From Octopus bimaculoides (lineage: Eukaryota), in NCBI RefSeq assembly GCF_001194135.2, contig NC_068993.1:45052746-45095979 (forward strand): a stretch of 43,234 nucleotides of DNA. Reading direction: 5' to 3'. This document shows, one piece after another, positions 34,488 through 43,234 of this stretch. Position numbers and translations under genes: made by a program. Position 1 is the stretch's first letter. Each line of letters begins with the position of its first letter. The notes beneath the pieces were generated by a model that was not told the DNA's origin, ran no database searches, and saw nothing but the letters and a program-made list of their open reading frames with translations.

Positions 34488-34825
34488 GTGAAGGCACATG
34501 GCTCAGTAGTTAGAGCGTCAGGCTCGCAATCATGAGGTAGTGAATTCGATTTCCGGACTGGGCTGTGTGTTGTGTTCTTGAGCAAGACACTTTATTTCAC
34601 ATTGCTCTAGTTCACCCATCTGTAGAAATGAGTTGCAACATTTGTGGTGCCAAGCTGTATTGGCCTCTGCTTTTCCCTTGGATAACATCAGTAGCATGGA
34701 GAGGGGAGGCTGGTATGCTGGTCTTCCATAAACAACCTTGCCCAGACTTGTGCCTCAGAGGGAAACTTTCTAGGTGCAGTCACATGGTCATTCATGATTG
34801 AAGGGAGTTTTTTTTATCCCTTTTT
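34488..34825 (+). mobile_element. SINE family D, tRNA-derived, CORE-like central domain
   Basis: TGGCTCAGTAGTTAGAGC (A box) and GAATTCGATTTCC (B-box-like), then TTCTTGAGCAAGACACTT...CATCTGTAGAAATG, resembling the MIR CORE (CCTTGGGCAAGTCACTT...CATCTGTAAAATG, recalled). Confidence 0.7.
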
Positions 34826-35314
34826 TTTATACTGATGGCAGCTATATTTTTGCTGGTGAGTGAGAGAGAGGGAGATAGTTGTAGAAATGGTAGGTGATAA
34901 GAGTGTGTGATGACTGTCAGCAAAATGTCACTTGGAGGAGAGAAAGCGGTGGCTTGAAGTATAAAACAGTAATGTTAGCTGGTAAGAGACACAGAGAGCA
35001 CTATAGGCATTCCATAGATACACGTCTTATCAGGCAGAGTCAGCTTTATTGATGGACTTCTGTACAGTTTCCCCTCCACTCAATTTCAGTCAAAAGTTTG
35101 AGCCAACTCAAGGCTAAATGACATCTGTCCAAGGAGCTATGCAGTGGATTCAAACTTTGGACCATGTAGTTTAGAAGTAACCTTTTTAACCAGTGGACCA
35201 TACTGCATGCGCACGCGCACGCACACGAGCACATTTGTGCAAAACAAGGCGAAAAGAAAAATAGTGCTCGAATACGAAAGGTAGAGCAAAATAGTAATTT
35301 ATTGAAGCTCAAAA

Positions 35315-35403
35315 GATTTCACAAACTGTTACTCAGAATTTCGCGTAACCACAACTGTCTGATGATTGTTGACGTGAAACTCTGAGTAACAGTTTGTGAA
35401 ATC
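35315..35403. repeat. 89-nt hairpin with 32-bp stem (30/32)
   Basis: GATTTCACAAACTGTTACTCAGAATTTCGCGT ... ACGTGAAACTCTGAGTAACAGTTTGTGAAATC. Confidence 0.88.
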
Positions 35404-36103
35404 CTAACTTCAAAAAGTATCACACACACACACACACACACAGACGTACGTTCATACACATTTACGCACATGTATATGGTGTCTTTTGTTACAAACTATG
35501 TTACTTGTTTTTTTGTTTTTCAAAGAATGGAAATTGCATCTTTGAATTTAGTCCTTTTTATATACACAGATCTCGGCACACTCAAAACTTATTGTATATT
35601 TTATTTTCATTTTTCTTTTTCTTTTGTGTGTGTTTTATCGGGAATGTGTGTCGCGCGCCGTAAGAAACAAGTCTCAACTTGTTCATTCATAGTTTTGGTT
35701 TTCGGTAGACGTTAAATACAAATCTGTCAGAACAGTAATACTCTTGGAGAGGTTTGTTTTGCTTTGGGGATACCTTCACTGATTTTGTTTTCTCATAACT
35801 AAGAAAATGGGTATTTTTTAATGAAATTTTATACTGATGCCTTTCAGAGAAAAAGAAAATTGGCGAGCGCGCACACATATATATACTGACAAACATCACA
35901 GATTTGGGAAAATTTCAATGCATTTGTGCGCGCCCACCATTTTTTTTTCCACATTAAATTCCGGTAACTAAAAGATAACGATATTTCATTAATAAATATC
36001 TTGGTGGGCACACTTGTCTTGTTTATTACTTTCTGATATAGTCATAATATCAGCAGTTTTGGGTGGAGGGCTTATGTCGATTCCATCCTTTAGTCCTTTA
36101 GAG

Positions 36104-36530
36104 CAGGGGTTCTCAACCATTTCTTTTACCTATGGACCCCTTTGATTAGTCTGGTGATCCCCCATAGCCATTCGATTTTAAAAAATTAGCTTTATAGAAT
36201 CTCCTTTCAAAATTTCTATTTTGTTTTCCGTACATCAACTTGTGTAGATTGAATTATGTAAAGCATTTGAGAAAGAAACCTAACTATTTCTTGAAATACA
36301 TACCAATATATACATCTGTGGTGTTATGGGCTGTGATGAGCTATGTGTTGTTGGTGGAGAGAGATGAAGCAAACGGAAGGGCCAGACCGGAAGTCGGGCA
36401 CACGCTGTCGAAGGCCAGCACGAGGCCCTTAAAGTATTATTGTGGGCCCCCAGTTCACTATTTTGCTACATGGACCCCNNNNNNNNNNCCCCCCCAAATC
36501 TTATAAATGGGCTCTGATTGAGAACCACTA
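36104..36530. mobile_element. hAT (Charlie-like) MITE
   Basis: Ends CAGGGGTTCTCAACC / ATTGAGAACCACTA and an 8-bp TSD CTTTAGAG / CTTTAAAG (7/8). Confidence 0.8.
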
Positions 36531-36968
36531 CTTTAAAGCGATAAAAAGCAAAGTTGATCTCGGCTGAATTTGAACTCCGAATATAAAGTTCCGCAAGACA
36601 TACAGCACGGCATTTATTTCCACGAAATAACGATTCTACTAAGTCGCCTTTGCATTTTCTTAGCTGACGATAGCTTTCAGGGTCAATGATTTCATTTTCT
36701 GGCTCTAGTTTATTCCAGCTGTGACAGTCTCAGTTTTTTAAGACTATATATAACTAACTTATCTCAGGATCCCTTCCCTTTTGTGATACCGCAGATGTTA
36801 TTTGGAAAAGATTTTGCTGCTGTTTCTAGTAAACCGAACGACCACATAACTGTGTCCTCGATTGCTAACGTCTTCAGCATGGCCTTTCCTTGGAGTATAA
36901 TATATAAATCTACGACACAAGCTAGCACGGAAAGTTCTCTGTCTGTCTGTCTGTCTGTCTCCCCCTCC

Positions 36969-37000
<32 letters not shown>

Positions 37001-37987
37001 TGGCTGACGAATAAAGCACCAACTTTGAAATTATTCCTAAGAGAAAGCAGTTATTTCGTTTACTGTGTCATGGGTTTTATTCTAAATCAAATGCGTAGTT
37101 GAACAGCAAAATGTAGTGTGTACTTGGGGGAAATAGAGAGATGCAGAGAGAGTAGAGAGTAACTGCTTGGTCATTTTCCAGGTCAGTCCTTAATGAGATA
37201 CCCGATTTAGTAAACAATTCTCTCTCTCTTTCTCTCCCGTTCTTTATTTACTCCTTATCTCTCGTCACCTTTTTCTCTCGCGTCATACTTTCTCTTTCTT
37301 CATTCCTTTACTCTCTCTCTCTCTTCCTTTCTTCACTCCTCTATTATTAATCTCTCTCTGTTCTCTTCCTCATCTAGAGGCACATGATTGATCGCTCTTA
37401 GTGGCTGTCAATGGGAAATAAAAAGTATATAAAAAATAAATGTCAAGTCACCCCCCCACCGTGATCGGAGCAATAATTTTTTTTTTCTTCTGTACATACA
37501 TAACATACACACTCATAATATTCATATACACACGTAACATACATATTTAGATAATTAATTTAAACAGTTTAATAACAGGAAATTCCAACATTTAAAATTT
37601 AATTCTTTATGCTATAGCATATTTCATACCTACCTACACACATACGCACATACATACATACATGCATACATAAATACATACATACATATATACATACATA
37701 CTATGTATATACGTATGCATGCTTGTTTGCTTTTCTTCTCTAAGCTATTCCCATAAACAAGTGCCCTCTATGTTCTGAGTTCAAATCCTGCTGAAGTCAA
37801 CTTTGTCCTTTGAGCCTCTTCAGGGAAGATGGTCTGTAAAACAGATTACCAGTCTAAAATGGGTGGGGTGGCTAGTTTCTAATAAAGAAATAAAACCTCA
37901 CCAAAAAAATTTAATGGAAACAAAAATATAATCATGTCTCACTGTTCGAAAAAGACTTGCTTATTTTCAGTCCCATGGGTAGACTGA

Positions 37988-38657
37988 GGATCTATTTCAA
38001 AACGGGGGCACCAGTATTTTCTTAACGAAACACTAACGAAACACTTTGAAACTTGGGACACTGGTAGAATGTGTCATATAAAGCATCTTTTACTCTTAGT
38101 CTTCTTAACAAAAAAACGTACATTGCAAGTTATTCCNNNNNNNNNNNNNNNNNNNNNNNNNNNNNNNNNNNNNNNNNNTGTTAAAGTTGTCGTATTTCTG
38201 TAATTTCAACCAATCACTGACGTCTATTCAGCTGAATAGAGTTACTGCTGGGCGGTCATAAAAATGTTATTCCCTGTGACATATTTCATCCGGTTTAATC
38301 GTAATTTATATGCATATATTGTTAATATAATAAATTACGCTGTGCGTATCTATGTGTGTAACAATTTTAGAGTTAGGGGTAGGGCTAGGGTTAACAGTCT
38401 AGTTAGGGTTAGGGTTAGGGGATTAATACGATATACACCGTTACAGCGCTAACTGTTTTCAACTGAATAGACGTCAGTGATTAGTAGAAATTATCGAAAT
38501 AAGACAATTTTTTACATGAAATAAATTCGAATACAAAAATTTTTTTCTGTTCTATAACACAAAGTAGATAAGTATATGAAGTTTGAAAGTCTTTCGGTAC
38601 CAAAAACACTACATAAAACATAAATGAAAACTAGTGCCCCCGTTTTGAAATAGATCC
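37988..38657. mobile_element. Non-autonomous DNA transposon, GG-terminal TIRs, 8-bp TSD (Merlin-like)
   Basis: TIRs GGATCTATTTCAAAACGGGGGCAC / GTGCCCCCGTTTTGAAATAGATCC, with a perfect TSD TAGACTGA at 37980-37987 and 38658-38665. The superfamily call is inferred from the 5'-GG ends plus the 8-bp TSD. Confidence 0.85.
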
Positions 38658-40999
38658 TAGACTGATTTTGCAGTATACCATTTATAGAGTCTCTTTGTTT
38701 GAAAACCCAGCCTTTTCAGACTGTTACTTTAACACTTAATGACATAAGTAAATGAGCCAATAGTTATAGGCACAAATTATTAAAATAGTTATTATCTAGG
38801 TGAAGTTATTCCTGTCCCTAAATTGTAAATTTATAATTATGCAAATTGTAAATTTATAATTTTGTTGCTAGCATACATGTGTTAGTTAATAAGTTTGCTT
38901 CTCAGCTACATAGTTTCAGCTCCACTGCACAACATCTTGGGCATGTGTTTTTCACTATAGCCCCAGCTAACCAAAGCCTTTTGAATAGTTTGGGTAGATA
39001 AAAACTGAAAGAGATCCATCATATGTGCATATGTATGCATACTTGTTTGTTTGTTTTGTTGGGATCTTTTCTGTTTGGCTGCCAGTTTTCAATCTCTTCG
39101 ATTTCTGTTTGAATTGATTTCATATTCAATGTAAATGTGTAGTTTTATATGTTAATCAATGCCATGAAATTAATTTTCGTCATATATCAATAAATGAAGA
39201 GCTATTAGCTTTTAAAGTTTGCAAATTTCAAGTAATTTTAGCCAATCGTAAACCACAGACATATTCACACCTGTTTCCATAGTAAGAAGTCAAACATGAG
39301 AACTCCTTTGTCTGCGAGATAGCACGAGTTGACAAATATATTCTAAACGAAATGAACTCATCTGCTGCTTCTACCCTGGTTGAGAGATGTGCTAAAAATA
39401 ACAGTGAAATAAGCCTTAAATCATGTCCCCCACCTCCATTTTTGTTTGGTTTTTGCATTATCAATCATATGAATTCCCGAGTGTAGAATACAAATTTGTA
39501 AAACTTTTCTGAAAATTCCAAAAAATAAAAAAAGTTATGAGGAGTTACATGTTGTGTGTAAAGCAGAAGTTGATTTAGTTACTGTTTCGTATTAAATACG
39601 TGTTTTTTTTTCAGAATGTTGACAACTCGTGCTGTCACGCACAAAATGGTAGCTTCCAAATCCTGTTCTCTGACTGTGTGAAAATTATTAAACTTTAAAC
39701 CTCTATAACTTTTTTCAAAAAATTTTCTGGAAAAAGTGAAATATCTCCTGAGACTCAACTTGGAAAACTACATTAATACATCAAATTTTAAAATTTTCAA
39801 TAAACTTTGAAATTTCTACAGCTACAGCCAAACAGAAAAGATCCTTTTCTTGTCTTGAGATCAGGTGATAATTGCAAATGAATGTCACTGTCATATAAGC
39901 GATGTCCTTTATTGAGGTAGGTTTTCTCCAGGCAGAAAACCTACCTCAATAAATTATGTCCAACCTGTGGAAATGTGGAAAATTGGACAGTTTATGTCTA
40001 CTAAATTTCACTGAGAAGGTTTTGCTTCACTCAAGGCTATGATACAAGATCTTTGTGCAATATGCCACACAGTGGATTTGAACCCAAACTCATACAGTTA
40101 CAAGTTAAACTTCTTAGGCTCACAGTCTGCACCCATTTTAAGTGTCTTCTTTATATTCCCTGGGTGGGCAAGAAGCAACTTGGGCAAGTGTCTTCGACTA
40201 TAGCCCGGGCTGACCAATGCCTTGTGAGTGAATTTGGTAGATGGAAACTATAAGGAAGTTTGTGTCTGTTTGTTCCCCCACCATTGCTTAACAACCAATG
40301 TAGGTGTGTTTATGTTCCCATAACTTAGCGGTTCGGCAAAACAGACCGATAAAATAAGTACTTGGTTTACAAAGAATAAGTCCTGGGTTCGATTTCTTCG
40401 ACTAAAACCTTTTAAGGCAGTGCTCCAGCATGGCTGCAGTCTAATGACTAAAACAAGTAACACATTAGTCATTGTAGATTGAGAGGGGAATTCATGGAGG
40501 CTGTTGTTAATTACAAAATACTAGTAACTCCAAGCCACTTAGACTAAATCTTCAGTGACTTAACAATATTCTTTTCTACTCTAGGCAAATTTTTGGAGAG
40601 GGAGCCAGTCGATTAGATCAACCCTAGTATGCAACTGGTACTTAATTTATCAAGGATGAAAGGCAAAGTCAACCTTGGTGGAATTTGAACTCAGAATGCA
40701 AAGACAGACGAAATACTGCTAAGCATTTTGCCCGGTGTGCTAACATTTCTGCCAACTTACTTCTTTAGTGACTTAACAATGTTATGAATACTAACTGCGA
40801 AGTTGTTATAGATGCAAGGCCCATCTGTTACACAAGTCAAATAGACCATCAACTTCTTATATTCTTTGTTTTCTGAAGTTTTTGTAATTTATATTGTCTT
40901 ATTTTAGCTTGAAAACTAGTTTGTCTTTATTTTGCTTTTCAGGTAACTGGGAATTGAGATATCATAAAAAAAAAAAAAAAAATTAATATGAATTATATT

Positions 41000-41830
41000 A
41001 TTTCCTTAAGCTCACTTTGCAACCATGTAGTTTCAGGCTCAGTTTCAATGCACAATACCTTGGTCAAGAGTCTTATGCTATAACTCCAGTCTAACAATAC
41101 CTTGACAGTGAAATTGACAGATGGAAACTGTGTGGAAGCTTGTCATACATATATGTGTACGTTTGTGTTTGTCCCCATCATCATTTGACAGCAAGTGTTG
41201 CTTTGTTTTTGTTCCTATTACTTAGCAGTTCAGTCAAAGAGATCAATAGAATAGGCGCAGGAGTGGCTGTGTAGTAAGTAGCTTGCTTACCAACCACATG
41301 GTTCTGGGTTCAGCCCCACTGTGTGGCACCATGGGCAAGTGTCTTCTACTATAGCCTCGGGCCGACCAAAGCCTTGTGAGTGGAGTTGGTAGACGGAAAC
41401 TGAAAGAAGCCCGTCGTATATATGTATATATATGTGTGTGTATATGTTTGTGTGTCTGTAATTGTCCCCCCAACTTCGCTTGACAACCAATGCTGGTGTG
41501 TTTATGTCCTCGTAACTTAGCGGTTCGGCAAAAAGAGACCGATAGAATAAGTACTAGGCTTACAAAGAATAAGTCCTGGGGTCGATTTGCTCGACTAAAG
41601 GCGGTTCCCCAGCATGGCCACAGTCAAATGACTGAAACAAGTAATAGAGTAAAAGANNNNNNNNNNTCGACTAAAGGCGGTTCCCCAGCATGGCCACAGT
41701 CAAATGACTGAAACAAGTAATAGAGTAAAAGAGAGTAAAGAGAATAAGTAACAGATTTAAAAATAAGTACTGGGGTCAATCTGCTTGACTGATCCTTTCA
41801 AAACAGTGCTCCAGCATGACCACAATACAA
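41000..41830 (+). mobile_element. Older family A copy split by the 41254 insertion
   Basis: The diverged family A sequence stops at ..AATAGAATA and resumes at AGAATAAGTA..TACTGGGGTCAAT..GTGCTCCAGCATG. Confidence 0.8.
41254..41740 (+). mobile_element. SINE family A, young copy, TSD AGAATA
   Basis: Same head, body and tail as 31058. AGAATA at 41248-41253 and 41741-41746. Confidence 0.93.
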
Positions 41831-42933
41831 TGAGTGAAACAAATAGATGGCTATAAAATATTTTCATAAGAGGGTTTTATTTCTATTTTGTCCTTACTAT
41901 TTTTTTAAAAATAATTTTGTTTTAATTATAGGAAGGGCTTCCAGCCATAAAAACCATGCCAAAACAAGACAGTGAAGCCTGGCGCAGTCCTCTGGCTTGC
42001 CAGCTCCTGTCAAACCATCCAACCCATACCAGTATAGAAAACGAACATTAAATGATGGTGACGATGATGATATCTTACCAGAACTTATTTGAATTTTGTC
42101 TCATAAGCAACTTGAGATAAAATGTGGCAAGCAGTACTGGAGCTATTAAGTTAGTGTAAAACAAAGTTGGGCACAGCCCATTCTATGTAAGATATATCTT
42201 CTCACAGCACTGTAAACAATTCTCTTTTCTTAACCTTGCTACTATATTCACTGTTGCTGATACAGACGAACACAATTTTTCTTAAATTGTAGCATATTAT
42301 ATTGGAAGACATATTTAAGATCTTTTCTTTGTGTTTTCAGTGAGTGTTTATTTTTTAAAAAATTCTTTTATAATTCTGGAGATTCACACTTACAAGATGA
42401 ATCTGTAGGGCATTAGGGTATCAGACAAATGTCTTACTGCATTTATTTGCAGCCCAAAAAGTTTAGTTTCTTTGGTCAAAAACTGCCAAAGTCAGCTTTG
42501 CCTTTTACTCCTTCTGGGGTTGTTAAAATAAAGTAGCAGTCATATTCTAGGGTTGATTCATATACCTCTTTATAATGCTTCTTAAATGTGAATTGAATTG
42601 AAATAGAAGACCCTGAAATGTGGAAGTGTACTTCAAAATTGAATACCATTGCAGGATTAGGCAGTTTTTGCATTCCTCTTAAACAGAAAATGTTGGCTTT
42701 GTGCCTGTCAAAATAAATCATTGGATGCAACATGTGGGGTTTGTGGTGGGGCTGGTGGTAGTGGTGGTTACAAGAGACATGTAGTGTCTGTTGCTCTGAT
42801 ATATGATAGAGCCTCAAAACTGTTGTAATACTATCAACTATAAGAGAGAACAGGGTATGTATGTTTATGTGTGTGTGTGTGTGTGTGTGTATTTATAAAA
42901 TCATTTAATGTCTGTTTTATGATTGGGCATATA

Positions 42934-43234
42934 CAGGGTGCGTAAGGTATTTGAGGACGGAAGTTCCAAGTGTTATGCATACAAACTTTCCTGCAACTGT
43001 CATGGTTTTAGGGGTTGTCAGCAACGAAGGATATGTGATGCCTCCTTCTTTCCACAAGGCCTTAGGGTTAACTCTGCCACCTACATTGAAGTCCTGGAAA
43101 TAATTTAGCTCTGGATAGACAGTGTATGTAATGGAAGGCCATAAGTGTTTCAGTAAGACTCTGCACTGTCATACATAGCTCTAGTAACACAGGATTGGAT
43201 GGCTGAAAATTTTCATGATCACATAACATTTAGC
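42934..43234 (+). mobile_element. Decayed Tc1/mariner (maT, DD37D-like) transposase fragment, runs off window end
   Basis: EVPSVMHTNFPATVMVLGVVSNEGYVMPP / FFPQGLRVNSATYIEVLE..*LWIDSVCNGRP*VFQ*DSA...TQDWMAENFHDHIT, with one frameshift and three stops. TA-CAGGGTG at 42932 may be a terminus. Confidence 0.85.

Noticed and set aside
42476-42817. 113-aa minus-strand ORF
   Set aside because: No start context, splice support or recognisable domain, and it ends in a SINE fragment.
1-43234. CRISPR array, rRNA or prokaryotic operon
   Set aside because: No regularly spaced repeat-spacer units or rRNA motifs were seen. Spliceosomal introns and SINEs show this is animal nuclear DNA.

Overview
Repeat-rich, AT-rich eukaryotic genomic DNA from a gapped draft assembly. 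The SINE content and microsatellite load suggest a coleoid cephalopod, most likely Octopus (inference, not database-checked). One complete gene can be rebuilt by hand: fucose-1-phosphate guanylyltransferase (FPGT) on the minus strand, with three coding exons (8893-8821, 5602-5429, 4953-3419; 1782 nt, 593 aa). Exon 1 is absent from the ORF track. A second, unidentified minus-strand gene is suggested by a coding-like terminal exon (16647-16405) and a promoter-like island near 25.1-25.6 kb with palindromic E-boxes and outward-facing splice donors. The rest is mostly at least five SINE families (often nested or in tandem), non-autonomous DNA transposons (hAT-like, Merlin-like, unclassified), and decayed coding fragments of R4/Dong-type LINEs, a zinc-knuckle LINE ORF1 and a maT/Tc1-mariner transposase. 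I see no firm evidence of a new multi-gene system. The best leads are a splice-acceptor-fronted zinc-knuckle ORF head-to-head with FPGT, an apparent ~270-bp target-site duplication just upstream of FPGT, a LINE-derived poly(A) signal, a DNA transposon with a telomeric core, several long hairpins, and the orphan gene/promoter.
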